From assembly GCA_038087875.1 (NCBI GenBank), contig CM075979.1, positions 8,866,001-8,930,000 on the forward strand: a stretch of 64,000 nt of DNA, in the 5' to 3' direction. This stretch comes from Malacoraja senta. Taxonomy: Eukaryota. Shown piece after piece: positions 1 to 12,934 of the stretch (position 1 is the first letter of the stretch; every line of letters begins with the position of its first letter). The notes under the pieces were generated by a model. That model was given only the letters and a program-made list of their open reading frames with translations, was not told where the DNA came from and did not search any database. A program made the translations under genes and the position numbers.

Positions 1-1075
1 GAATAAACCCAACTTCTCTCGTCTCCTATAACTGATGACTTTAACCAAGCCTACAATTAATTCGCTAAATTTCTTGGGCACCCTCTTTTAACTCTTGCCA
101 ATCTTTCCAGAGTATTATGACCAGAAAAATATTTAACCCCTTTCTACGTTTAGACATTTCACATATGATGAAGCTGCTACATGGCTTTCATTTTTTGATC
201 CATTCTAGAAACCAAAATTACCACATTAAGTTATCAAAGGCGAAGCAGTCATTAGTGTTTATTTCTAGAGGGATAGAATTGATAAAATGGAGAAGCATTA
301 TTTTAGTTGCAGCTTCTAATACTGGCAACTATATTATAAAGGGGCTATAAAAACACTGAAGAGGTGCTAAAAAGCATTCTTACGAATTATACTAGAACTG
401 TGTGGTTAAGCTGCTAGAAATGGAACAGGCTAGATTGTTTTATATTTTTGAAAACTAAAAGGCTAGGATGTGACCTAAAGTGGAAGTATTGCTGAATGAA
501 ATGCAGAGATTCTATTTGTGGAGAAGAACAAAATTAAAGTCATTAATATTAATATAGTAATTCAGAAGAAATTTCTTATTTGGTGATCGATTTGAATGTG
601 CAACCTTCTGTAGTGGAGTAGTTGAAATAAATAATTAAGATGCATTTAAGGGGAATCTTGGGAAGAAAATGAAGTGGGGAAAATAAATTATAGTGCAAAT
701 GTTAATTGAGGTAGAATGAGAAGAATAAATAAGAATTAGCTAGGTTGAAAGACCTATGTATGCAGCAGAAGTGTGTAATTCTCAGTAATTAAAAAAAAAT
801 GTGCTTAGACATTTCCAGCAACCAATTTACACTGAAAATTAACAGAAGTATTGTGCCCATTTAGCTTGTATGTTGACATTTTAATCCACTAGATGGTGAT
901 ACAGCTTGTCTCATGTTGTAACAAAGTATAGGTTTATACGCGTAATACAAGTTTTGGGTTTGTGTAGATATTTACATTTGTCTGTTTTGGTGGGGGCAAG
1001 TTAAATAGATACATTAACTACCAATTTGAAGAGCAGAGCCCACCTCTGTGGTTAACTGAGGGAGTTAAAAATTCT

Positions 1076-2580
1076 CACAAAATGCTGGAGTAACTCAGCG
1101 GGACAGGCATCATCTCTGGAGAGAAGGAATGGGTGATGTTTCAGGTCGAGACCCTTCTTCAGACTGATATCAGGGGAGAGGGAGATACATAGATAAGGAA
1201 GTGTAAGATATGAAAATAGGACAAAGGGAATGGAGATCAAGGAAAATGTAGAAACGCTCATTGTTAGCTGGGAGAAGATATAACAACAAAACAAACAGAG
1301 GTAAAATGTAGTCGGAGACAGTAAGACTGGTCGGAGAACTGGGAAGGGGGAGGGATGAAGCGAGAGAGGAAAAGCAAGGGTTACTTGATGTTAGAGAAGT
1401 CAATGTTCATACTGCTGGGGAGTAAGCTGCCCAAGCGAAATATGAGGTCTGTTCCTCCAATTTGCACTGGGTCTCACTCTGACAGTGGAGGAGGCCCAGG
1501 ACAGAAAGATCAGTGTGGGAATGGGAGGGGGAGTTAACGTGTTTAGCAACCGTGAGATCAGGCAGGTTTAGGCGGAGGCTTTCAGCGAAACGATCGCAGA
1601 GCCTGCACTTGGTCTCGCCGATATATATAGGAATCCACACTGGAACAGCGGATACAGTAGATGAGGTTGGAGGAGGGGCAAGTTGAAGCTCTGCCTTGCC
1701 TGAAAAGATTGTTGGGGTCCTTGGACGGAGTAGAGGGGGGAGGTAAAAGGACAAGTGTTGCATCTCCTGCGGTTGCAGGGGAAAGTACCTGGAGAGGGGG
1801 TGGTTTGGTTGGGAAGGGATGTGTTGATCAGGGAGTTGCGGAAGGAACGGTCTCTACGGAAAGTGAAAAGGGGTGGAGGTAGGAAGATGTGGCTAGTGGT
1901 GGGATCCCGTTGGAGGTGGCGAAAATGTCGGAGGATTATGTGCTGTATGCGAAGACTGATGGGGTGGAAGGTGAGGACTAGGGGGACTCTGTGTAGTAGC
2001 CATTTAGCTTAACTCAGTATGTTATAAACTAGAACCAGTTACCGTTAAATTTTATCTGCCTGTAATTATGTGGGTGGGATTTATTACGTAGTTGGAGGCG
2101 TGTTTGCGGCTTGGATTCTTGCGCAGACGCTAGTAGTTTTTAGTTTAAGTTTTGAAGAAGCATGGGGGAGAAGGCACAGCTTTCGACCATGCCGGAGTTT
2201 GACCATGCACGTGTTTGACTACGAGTAAGATCAAAATGTACTTAAACAAGAAGAAGTTTGGATGAATATCTCACTGTTTTTACTACAACAATAAAGAAAC
2301 TATTAATTAAGAGACTGTGTTTTGAAGATTTATCTTTGGACGGCTTTGAATGTTTCGTGGAGAGCTTGCATGCGTAACAAAGCTATCTCCTTACCCCTGT
2401 CTTCAATCATAGTGGCTAGAGGAAAAATTCCTTGAACGATATAATAATTTGCCACTACACTCTGTCCCTGTTACGACTGGGGGGAGGGGGAGCAATAGCG
2501 GAGCTGTTGAATAAGAGGAGACCCTAGTGAGGGCCTCATCTATGATGGAGGTGGGGAACTCCCATTCCCTAAAGAATGAG
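1076..2580 (-). mobile_element. Penelope-like element 3' fragment (GIY-YIG remnant + terminal region), interrupted by a solo LTR
   Basis: ORF 1407-1763(-) contains IYIGETKCRLCDRFAE...VAKHVNSPSHSHTDLSVLGL (GIY-YIG-like); sequence resumes after 2464; close copy at 39010-39342. Confidence 0.85.
1992..2459 (+). mobile_element. Solo LTR (468 bp)
   Basis: TGTAGTAGC...GCCACTACA termini (8/9 inverted match), 5-bp TSD CTCTG at 1987-1991 and 2460-2464, AATAAA at 2290. Confidence 0.85.
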
Positions 2581-2919
2581 AATTAAAGATTATATTGTAC
2601 TTGAAGAAAAAGCATGTTACTGTGCAAAGACTGGTGGCAAATCAGAAGATTAAACATAATGGAAAAAAGCAGCTAAGAATGATACCACAATGCTGAGAAT
2701 TTAATTTTGTGCTCTGTAACTTACCCTTTGCTCTATCTATTATACTTAAGTTTGACTTGATTGTATTGATGTATATAGTACATCAGATCTGTTTGGATTG
2801 CATGCAAAACTAAATTTTTCTCTATTTCAGTACACGTGACAATAATAAACCTAAACCTATAAAGAAGAAAACAAATGATTATAATATAAAGTTAACAAGA
2901 AAGATAAAAACAGCTATAA

Positions 2920-3292
2920 GAAGGGTGTCATTAAGCCGGAAAGAGTGCAGAGATTTAGGAGTGCAGGATGTTGCTAGGACTTGAGGAACTGAGTTATAGG
3001 GAGAGGTTGGGCAGGCTAGAACTTTATTCCTTGAAATGCAGGATGCTGAGAGGTGATCTGATAGAGGTGTATAAAATCATGAAAGGAATAGATAGGGTGA
3101 ATGCACAGAGTGTTTTACTCGGAGTAGGGGAGTCAAGAACCAGAAGACACCTGTTTAAAGTGACGGGCATAATTTAATGTGAACCTGAGGAGCATGTTTT
3201 TCACATAGAGGGTGGTGGGTATATGGAACAAGCTGCTAGAGGAGGTAGTTGAGGCAGATACTGTAACAGCATATCAAAGACATTTGGACATG
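2920..3292 (+). mobile_element. CR1 LINE 3' fragment
   Basis: LEELSYRERLGRLELYSL...RGDLIEVYKIMKG, typical CR1 ORF2 C-terminus. Confidence 0.85.
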
Positions 3293-4204
3293 GACATTCG
3301 ACTTCAGAAAATTCAAAACAGGGAGTCTGGTTGACCTAAGAGTTGCATTGAGTACCGCACAGAATATTGATTATTAGTGGAGGCTATGCTTCAGTTATAC
3401 TGATCATTCTTACAACCACATTTATTTATTGTACTAGTCTCTTTATTTAAAAAAGGTTGATTTTTGCATTGGAGATGGGTTACTGGATTAATATCTGGAA
3501 TGGGTGGGTTGTCTTATGAAGAAAAGTTGCACAAGCAGTAAGTTGCAGAACGAAGAGAGGGCCCTTGATTGACATACATAAGATTCTGATGATGGATCTG
3601 GAGAGCATGTGCCTTTCTCTGGGAGAATTTACAACTAGGCGTCATTTACTTTAAAAAATGCATTGCCAATTTAAGTCATAGCTGAGGCAAAATATTTACT
3701 CTCATACAATTGTGAGACTATGCAACTCTCTTGAAGGCAAGTGGAAGTAGAGTCTTTCAATATTTTTAAGGTAGACAGATTCTAGAAAAAAAAGTGTTTG
3801 AGATGAGCAAAATTACATATTAATCTGGAAGGTAGACAAAAAAATTACTAATCTGGAGTTGTTTTTACAGTTATATCAGTATATTGTGGCATAGCAGATT
3901 CACAGGGATGAGTGGCCTACTTCTCTTAATTTGTATGCCTGTATATTAATATATGTTCAACTCTAAAGTGCTTTATTATTATTGTGGGGGCTTGTATACT
4001 TGCTACCTATTGAAATACTACTCCCTTAGCCTTGCATAAACCCTTCAGTCACTGTTGCTATACCACAATAAGAGCAAATGTGAATCTATTGAGGTTTATT
4101 CTTTCACTTTCAAGTGCTTTCAAAGGATTAAAACGTGGATTTCAGCTATCATAATTTTGGGGCTCTGTTAATAATTCAGCATACATTTTTTTGGCATATG
4201 GGGC

Positions 4205-4650
4205 TGGTTCTTAGTGGTTTTCTTAGACTTCAGCAAGGCTTTAGACAAAGTCATATGTGGTAGACTGGTCCAGAACGTTTGGGTATACATAAACCAAGGT
4301 GTGTTGGCAAACAGGATCCAAAGTCAGCTTGGTGATAGGACAAAGGGGATAGTCGTCAAGGGGGGGGGGGGGGGGTCTGACTGGTGGTCCGTAACTAGCG
4401 GTATGCTGCAGGGATTTGTGCTGAGACCAATGAGAATGTAGATCAATTGATGAGTACGTTTGCTAATGACACAAATTGGTGGAGTAGAAATATTGAAGAA
4501 GTTTGTGGAAGGATGCAGAAAGACATGGATCAATTGGGGGAAGGTGGAATACAGTCTGGACCACTATGAGTCTGTGCATTTTGATGCATCGCATATGAAC
4601 AGGAATATCCAATAAAGCAGGGATCTCAGATATGTTGATGTACAGAGAGA
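4205..4650 (+). mobile_element. CR1 LINE RT fragment (decayed)
   Basis: FLDFSKALDKV...VTSGMLQGFVL, FANDT motifs. Confidence 0.8.
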
Positions 4651-7526
4651 TTGTGCTTATTTATTAATGCTTATGAAGTTATTTCCACTCCAATTGAGTT
4701 CAATGGGCACTTACCTGGTGAGTCTACCAAAAAAGAACTTATTCGGAAGACAGGAATTTTGCCATAATTCCCCTGATCTTCATTTAACAACCTAGGCATA
4801 AGAAGCATACATTAAAAACTGTGCATTGGACAGAGTACACATTATTGCCGTTCTGTCTGTTTTTTCTCTTTTATTATGCTGATTGACCATTTGCAATGAA
4901 TGATGTAAATTCAGATTTTAAACATCGACATCCTCCTTTTGACCTTCCGGGTGATACTGATGTAAAATTCCTAATTTGGAAAGCTGTCAGTCTCACTGGG
5001 TTATTATCCGTTTGGAAAATAAATGAGGAGAATGCTCTTGTCACAAAACAAAAATTAAGGGCAGTATTTTATCTACGTCATAAATTCTTTATTAAGCTGG
5101 TGGCCGAGTTTGAACAAATCCAAAAAAAATAGCATGCTATCCTCTTGGAGTACGCTGTATAAGACTGAAAATAAACACATTTTCCACCATATGAATGCCT
5201 TGTGGAGGTCTGTCGACCGAACATTGGAGTAGATATTACATTGGCTTTACTGTTCTGCGGTCCATTACGACTAATTTGTACGGTAGAAATTGATGAACCC
5301 ATGGGTTGTAATAAATGTGTAATTGGATTTAAAATGTATTGAAGACCAAAACCATGTTGCAATATGGAAATATAATAGATGATTCTGTAGCTACATGAAC
5401 TACACACATTGGATTGAGTAGAAATGAAAAATGAAAGAGTACATTTTTTGAGATGGAGAAAGGACATTCTTTCTGATTATGTTTAACATAATCTATTCTC
5501 TTGCAGGCATTATGCCTTTTTGGTGTTGAGTTAGAAATGTTGACTAAATTCTGGTATTATCTATGAATCTTAATTTGGAATTTCAGCGTGGTGTGTGCTA
5601 GTTTGAAGCAAATGGGAAATCAGGCGGCAAAATTCCTCAGTCTGAAAAGTAAGTGAATGAGGTGGTCCAAACTAATTGGAAGTTAGAATTTATTAAGCAG
5701 CTTGCCAATGTCTAATATATCTTGTGATGTACCATAGTGAGCCTCTAGCTCTTTTGATTTATCTATGATATTTGTTACGAATGACCAGTCTGCATTTGAT
5801 ATCCTATTAGAGTCAGCATCAAAGGTCGTATTTAATCTGTCCAGTTAGAGAACATCCAGTTAAATTACAATATAACTTTGCGACTTGTCTGTGTGCTGGA
5901 AACTGAAACCTTGCTTGTATTTGCATGTGTATTTCTCCCATATTTTGGAATCTGAATTGCTAAGTATTCAAATGATTGACCATAACTCATTTTCAAGTCA
6001 GCACCTCATTGTTGCTCTATTAAAACCAATACAGTATGGGTAATGAAAAACTTAATATTTGCTGACCCTCAGCTTGCTATTACCTTGAAAGAGAAGCTTC
6101 ATTCCTGTTGAGGTTGGAGCATTGGTAGTCATAATACCTGTAAATGCTAACAATTCCCAAATGTCTTGATCTATAGTGTTTTGAGGTTACCTATTTCTAA
6201 TAGCCAGGCAGTTTAACTATTAACTCCTAGCTAATTGAATTGAATTGAATACTTTATTGTCACATGTGGCAAGCCACAGTGAAATTATTTGCTTGCCTGT
6301 CCCAATCAGCGTCCTAAAAAGCTTTTGCCTGAGGGTACTACTTATATTGACTCAATAGAATCATCAGTTCCGGTGAATGGATAATGTTCAAATGTGATAT
6401 TATTTCATGGTTAGAATCCAATATTGATAAATTTTAAATACAGTATTTCACACCAGATCAAATAGTACTTGTGAGAAGAATTTCAACTTTTAACTTTTTT
6501 AAAGTTCTATTCCCCTTCATTAACTTGATTAAGGCAGTTTACATCTTGTATGTAAGCACAACATCTTTTGGTTTTGTTCAGTTTCTTTCAAGCCACGTTT
6601 GGTGTTCCAAGGTGACAAATTAAAAATGAGAACCAGGTAGAATTGAAAAATAAATGAGTTGGGTGTAGGAATTTATAACACTCGAAAATACCAATAGAGC
6701 ATCCATGATAAATACATTTATCAAATTCAAATAACTAATTCTAAAGGTTGCCTGGACATTTAAGATATTTATTAAATCTTTGAGTCTTCAGAGAACATTA
6801 AAAATACAACCCTGTTTAATTTTTTTTTGTGTAGCTCTAAAAATGCAGTAAACAATTGGTAAATTGAATGGTGGTAAGTGAGACATGCGTCTATAGGACA
6901 CAAAGGCATAATATTGTATAACATAGAATATATGTTCTAAAACTGTGCATTGTAAAATGTATAGTGTTAATGTTTAATAATTTATCTTTGAAAAAGTTCT
7001 GTGTCTGAAATTTTTAGTTTTTGTTTGTAGAAAATTTATTTTGTTTTTGGACAGATGCAGCTTTTTGGTTGCTTAATAACACGAATTATTTATTAATTTT
7101 CTATTGGACCTAATCAATTTCAGAATAAAAGGGCCATAAATATAGGAAATTCACTAATAAATAATCACAAATTCACTAATCAAGAAATTAAGGAGGTTAC
7201 CCTGATTTGGAATTTCTCCTGATCTGCTCTATAACTTTATCCTTGGAATGATTTTATATGATTTAATTTTCTTAATTTTGAGGACATAGATATAGAACGT
7301 TTTTAGTTAACATTTATTAAATATGAATGTAATTCGGTAAACCAATACAACTTGAAAAGTTGGATAGAGATTTGTTTAATTTGGTTGAAGAAGTGAAACC
7401 ATTTCAATTGGCGGTTTCACTCTTTATTAAAGCAAAAACGTTCAAGCAATTAATAGCCATAAATCCTTTTCTACCCATGTCCTTTCAAATGTTGCACTCT
7501 TGAGTATATTTTCATTGACCCTATAC

Positions 7527-8064
7527 GATACGATACGATAAAACTTTATTCATCCCCGGAGGGAAATTGATCTGCCGACAGTCACAACACACAAGGTACA
7601 CAAAAACTTGAAATTAAAGTGAAAACAAAAAGAAAAAGACAAGCGACTGTTGGCTGGCTGCCGTGTGCACAGCACCTTCACCAGAACAAATGAACAAACA
7701 AACACCGGCTTATCCCCAGGGCAGAGGATTCTAAAGCTAGAGTGCCCCCCTCCCCTCCCCCACACCGGGTCCCTCTTTGTTCTCCCACTGTTCCTCACAG
7801 CGGTCCCCCCATGCTGGGTCCTCCATTGTTCTTCACGGCAGTCCCCTCACACCGGGTCCCCATTGTCTTCCTCTCCCCCCTCACGCTCATCGACCACGAG
7901 GCCCCACTGCCACCAAGGTTCCTGTTGCCGCCGAGGCTCCTGCTACCGCCGAGGCACCCGCTGCCGAGTCTCCCGCTGCCGTTGAGGCACCCGCTGCCGG
8001 CGCCGAGTCTCCCACTGCCGCCGCCGAGGCTCCCATGCCGCCGCCGAGGCTCCCATACTACTCT
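7527..8064 (-). mobile_element. Non-LTR 3' fragment or SINE-like element with (TATCG)n tail and internal GC-rich minisatellite
   Basis: Minus strand ends AATAAAGTTTTATCGTATCGTATC; candidate TSD CCTATAC at 7520-7526 and 8065-8071; GCCGCCGAGGCTCCC-type tandem units at ~7900-8055. Confidence 0.6.
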
Positions 8065-8942
8065 CCTATACCACTTTAGCAAAGCATAGATTGAGCATTG
8101 GAGCGTGGGCTGCTTCTGTATATATTACTATGTTAAATACTTTCATCAATAGAGCAATTAGAGAACCTTTTACACGTTTTATTGAGGTGAACAGAATTTC
8201 ACACTGTTATAGTTTCCAGAGCATAGCTTGTAAGATGATATTTTAATAAAAATATTTCCACTATTCAAATAGATGTATGATGAATTTTTTGAAAAATAAT
8301 ACACTATTCACCATAATCTGAAGTGCAGTCGATGTATTGCTTGGGGCATTATTGTCTAAAGGTTATGTGTATCTGAACTAATGTTTTAACACTTGTCCTA
8401 CAGGCGCTTAACCACATTGTTAGCAATAAAGCATGTCTTTCATGACCTTTACATTTGGGGCCTTCCCTTCACCTTCAGGTCATTATCTTAACCTTGTTTC
8501 AAGTAACCAATTACAAATCCTGAAGGTTTACCATGAGTGTTTTCTACCTTCTAACAATTTGCAGAATTCTTGTAGTACTTTCTTAGCTTCTACAATACTT
8601 GCACAACTGATCGTAATTCTCCTATAAATTTTATCATATTGAAATTAAGTTATATTTTAAATTTGAGGGGTACCAGTTTGTACCACGTACCATCATGGTT
8701 GTAGCAATTGAAGCTTTAAATTTTGAGAAATATACAGTTCTACACCTTTTATGTAATTGCCAAAATATGTTTCCAGACATCAGTATAATGGATTGAAATA
8801 AACATTGTGGAATGAATGAAATAAGGAATAGAGCAGTGAAGTATTATGTTTATTGTATTATTTTTAATATGGTTTGCGAATAATGAGCTTTTGCAAAGTA
8901 TACATTTTGTTAAAGTGGTCTTTACTGCACACTTAGAGATAA

Positions 8943-9123
8943 GGGGGGGGGGGTGTCAAGGAAAGAGCGTTCACGTTGCAGCCCTGATTTCACTAATCTT
9001 TCCACCACCACGCACAAGAAGCACAAGAAGCGCAAGACAGACACCATTGTATGCAGATGCCGAGAAGTGTGTTCAGCTCTGACTGAACAACTTCTAATCT
9101 TGTGTGTGGACTCGATAAGAAGA
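8943..9123 (+). mobile_element. Ribozyme-headed SINE-like retroposon, family 1
   Basis: TSD AGAGATAA at 8935-8942 and 9124-9131; ends GATAAGAAGA; homologous to 60817-60964. Confidence 0.85.
8950..9003 (+). ncRNA. Minimal HDV-like ribozyme, family 1 (weakened P1)
   Basis: GGGGUGUC-AA-GGAAAGA-GCG-UUCACGU-UGC-AGCCCU-G-AUUUCA-CUAA-UCUUUCC. Confidence 0.7.
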
Positions 9124-9529
9124 AGAGATAAAGGAAATACTTATTTTAGAATGAATGCACAGGAACTGGAATGTTTACAAGTACAGGGTTCTTGGAATAG
9201 ACCAAATGTTTATTTGGTTATGTTACAAATAGTGCAGGCTTTGAATTCAGAAATAGATTAACCTAAGTTTTCAGATAAAATAACTAAGAGTTGATTCTAT
9301 CAGGATTGTCAACACTGCAGGGTGGCATTTTAAGAAAAATGTTTAATATATTGGGATGTATTATTCAAGTTTAAAAAAAATCATATTTATATTTTGGGGA
9401 AATGCCCAAGACTGATGCAAATGGCTAATTTCCCTTGAGGAACACAAATCTAAGGGCACTTACATTGACTAGTTAATTTCAAATGTATTTTCAGCAATTG
9501 TGATTAATGTGACAATGGGAAATGTGTGA

Positions 9530-9725
9530 GACACAAGAGACTGTAGATGCAAGAATCTGCAGCAAAAAACAAGCTGCTGGTGAAGATCAATGGGTCAGGC
9601 AGTGTCTGTGGAGGCAAAGGGATAGGTGACGTTTCAGGTCTTGCGTCAGGACTCGGACCTACACCTTTGCCTCCACAGATGCTGACTGGCATATTGAATT
9701 CCTTTAGAAACTTGTTTTTTGCTCC
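9530..9725. repeat. Palindromic (head-to-head) Penelope-derived short element
   Basis: TCTGTGGAGGCAAAGG ... CCTTTGCCTCCACAGA inverted arms. Confidence 0.65.
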
Positions 9726-10225
9726 TGAAATGGAAATGTATGTCTGGTCTGGAAAGGTGCAATCAATGGAATGTTGACATTCAAATACAAGATGTAGTCA
9801 GTGGTGGTGGGGGTGGTATTTCTGAAACGGCATTTAAGATAGCAAAATCTGTGCAATGGCTACTTATTTTCTTTGCACATTGTTTGTCTTGCAGGAGCAG
9901 AGAGAATAGAATATTTGGCATTTCAGTATCTATGTACATTATTCGTCAGGATGCATTTTACACCAGAATGACAAATACTAGTTTAAACATAGAAAGAGGC
10001 ATATTTTGAAATGATTTGGATGTCACCTTGTCCAGTGTATCCAAAATATCATTCACTGTGAGATGGCACACAGTTGTTACACTAACTTATTTGACTGGAT
10101 GATCCTGATCCAGAAGGAGAGTATCATGCGGATGGAAATACTCCTTGACCAGAGCGAAATAGTATTTAAGTACAGTGGAAATAGTTTTCATATCTTATGC
10201 CTAATCCTTTACCCCATACAAAAGA

Positions 10226-10315
10226 ACACAAAGTGCTAGAGTAACACAACAGGTCAGGCAGCATCTCTGGAGAACACGGATAAATGATGTTTCGGGTCAA
10301 GACCATTCTTCAGAC
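10226..10315 (-). mobile_element. Penelope-derived short element with hammerhead-like core
   Basis: Homologous to 1076-1165; ends at CTTCAGAC. Confidence 0.75.
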
Positions 10316-10855
10316 GTCCCTATAAATGGGTGTAAAATGTTTGCACTAAACTTCTTTACATTTTAATTCTCAATCAGATACCTTGAAATAAATTTCAATG
10401 TGGTTTACTTAGTATGTGACGTTCAGTGTACAATAGCTTCTTACTGTAAAAAATCCACGTACGGTCTTCATAAAGAGAGTCCATAACCTGTCGCAGTTTT
10501 GTTTTGCTGTGTAGCATTTTAAAACTCTGCAGTATTTTGAAAATCTGGATCAAATTTTGCAAAAGTAAATTCAGTAAAAATTAACTTAAATAAATCCAGT
10601 TTAAACACTAAATTCAGCAACATTAAAAACTGAACCAAGGAGTATGATATAAATGATGATTTACAAGAAAGGTTGTGGAAAAATTATGTTTGGTTTTGAG
10701 GGAAAAACTCATCATGCCACTTCTCCACCAAATTACTCTGACTAATAAGGTTTTTGAGCTTTTCAGTGTGAACGTGTATCCTGATATTCTGCAAGAATAT
10801 TTAAATTGTCCATATAAAATATATTAGGATTAATGACAGTTTACAATATAATCAT

Positions 10856-10988
10856 GTGTAGGCAAGAACTGCAGATGCTGGTTTAAATCAAAGGTAGACG
10901 ACACAAAATGCTGTAGTAACTCAGCGGGACAGGCAGCATCTCTGGAGAGAAGGAATGGGTGATGTTTCGGGTCGAGACCCTTCTTCGG
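10856..10988 (-). mobile_element. Penelope-derived short element, full unit with TSD
   Basis: 13-bp TSD ACAATATAATCAT at 10843-10855 and 10989-11001; homologous to the Penelope terminal region. Confidence 0.85.
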
Positions 10989-12934
10989 ACAATATAATCA
11001 TTTTGGAAATTATGTTTTTGCTTTGTTCTAATTGATAGTCGTGGTTGCATTGTAAATGACTCACTGATGCATACAGTGATTTAAAAAATTGTTCTGAATA
11101 TTAATTTGAAGACTGCAATATTTGCATATGTTTTTTATGCAAAGGTTATTGCATAATATTTATGCATAATTGCTTTTGACTTGCGTTTTCATGCAGTGTT
11201 TTTATTTAGCATTAATGGATTTTGTAAATCACACGTTTAAAATCATCAAGAAATAGAGAAAGTGAATATTTGAAACTAATCAAAATGTAATGGCTTTATT
11301 AGTAACAGATCATAAATATAGGTTCTCGTAATGTTTGTATAAATTGCAGTTATGATGCTCAGAGTAGGCAAATGTCAGTTCAGATGTCCTGATCTTTGCA
11401 AAAGGGAATACACATACCTTTTACTATTGCTTACATTCAACTCTGGTGATAAATGGGTTTGAGCAATGTGATTAAATGCATATTAGTGTTTGCCTGAGGC
11501 ACTTGATTATTATCATTTTTATTTTCATTACACTGTAAGACCATATAATTCATAAAGATAATACAGAAATCACTTTGTTGCTGCTAGAAATAATTCTGCT
11601 TTATGGATGATGTCCTTTTAATTTTTCCTTTCATGGATTATAAAATTGGTTAATATCCACTGAACTGAACCAGTGGAGAAGCAAATAAAGATGTTGGCCT
11701 CGGGTCACAGTGTCATTTGTGATACTGGCAAATTCTTACGGGCTCATTTATCCCTGTACATGATTGATAACGTTATGGGTTAAATGGAGAATGGTTTGGT
11801 TCCATTAAAGGATCATCTCCAGTGAAGACCTCCCACTTAAAAGTCAGGCATGGAAACATTTGTGATGAGAAGACAAGGGACTATCCACAGGTCAAATTAA
11901 ACAACTTAAATAATTTAACTGGAATGACAGTATAATTTGTCCATTCTGTGTTATTACCTTGACCCCTATCAGACTTGTAGGCCATCTTGCATCCAACCCC
12001 AGGGTGTTTAAGATGTATTTTTTAAATAAAATAAAGTTTAAGATTAGGCATTTAAAGCATTCAGAGCTGCGAACAAAAACCTCTGAAGGAAAATAGAGTA
12101 TAAAGCAACAATGTATCTTTATAGATAAGAAGAATTTAGTTAGGGTATTGTAAAAGGTATTGTTCTAGTTTGAACTACCCACAGAATAGCTACCACCACT
12201 TACAAAAAAAGAAATGGGTCATTCATCTCTGTTGTTTATAGACATTGAGGAAAACAAGCGTTGCTGTGTTTGGATATATAACAATTGCTGCAAGTAAAAA
12301 GTAATTAATTTGGGGTGTTCCTACGTGATAATGTATCATATAAATCTAAATAAATGTGTCTGTTCAACTTCAAGACCCAGGATTGAGGGAATAGCAAATC
12401 AATAACATCCCATTTGACAGTTTTGGCCTGTACCCTATCAGGGATAGCTCCTGCTATTCTCTCCTTCCTGCAACTTAAAATATGCTTGCTTTTTTTTTAA
12501 CTTGAAACAACAACTCTCTTTCCCATTGGATACTCTGTTTTTGTTTCCTATTTACAGGCTTTGCAGTATTTTGTTTCAAATCATGTTTACTTATTGGAAA
12601 AAAATTAACATTGGAAAAAATGTTGAGGTTTGGGGCTAGATTTTTCCCTACCCTGTGTCTGAGAAAGGCAAATTCTACGCTCTTTGGATATTTACTGTAA
12701 TCCAGGAAGTTTCCTTTATGCTAGACATAGCAATTTTCTGTAACCATTGGATACTTAAGTGGGACCCACAAAAGTAAATTGTCTGTTTGACCTCCTAGCC
12801 AAAGTTTCTTGCTAAACCAAAACATAAAAAAATTGATTCCAACTTTGTTGGTTTATTAATCTTCAGTTATGCTTTCACAATTAGTCAGATAGTATAAGAG
12901 ACCTATTCACATATCAAGTTCCATTTGCATACCA

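Noticed and set aside
7777-8079. Ala/Pro/Glu-rich ORF as a host exon
   Set aside because: Lies within a tailed, TSD-flanked repeat and has no splice signals.
9885-9940. Acceptor-like gtcttgcag as a coding exon
   Set aside because: No convincing donor or homologous peptide.
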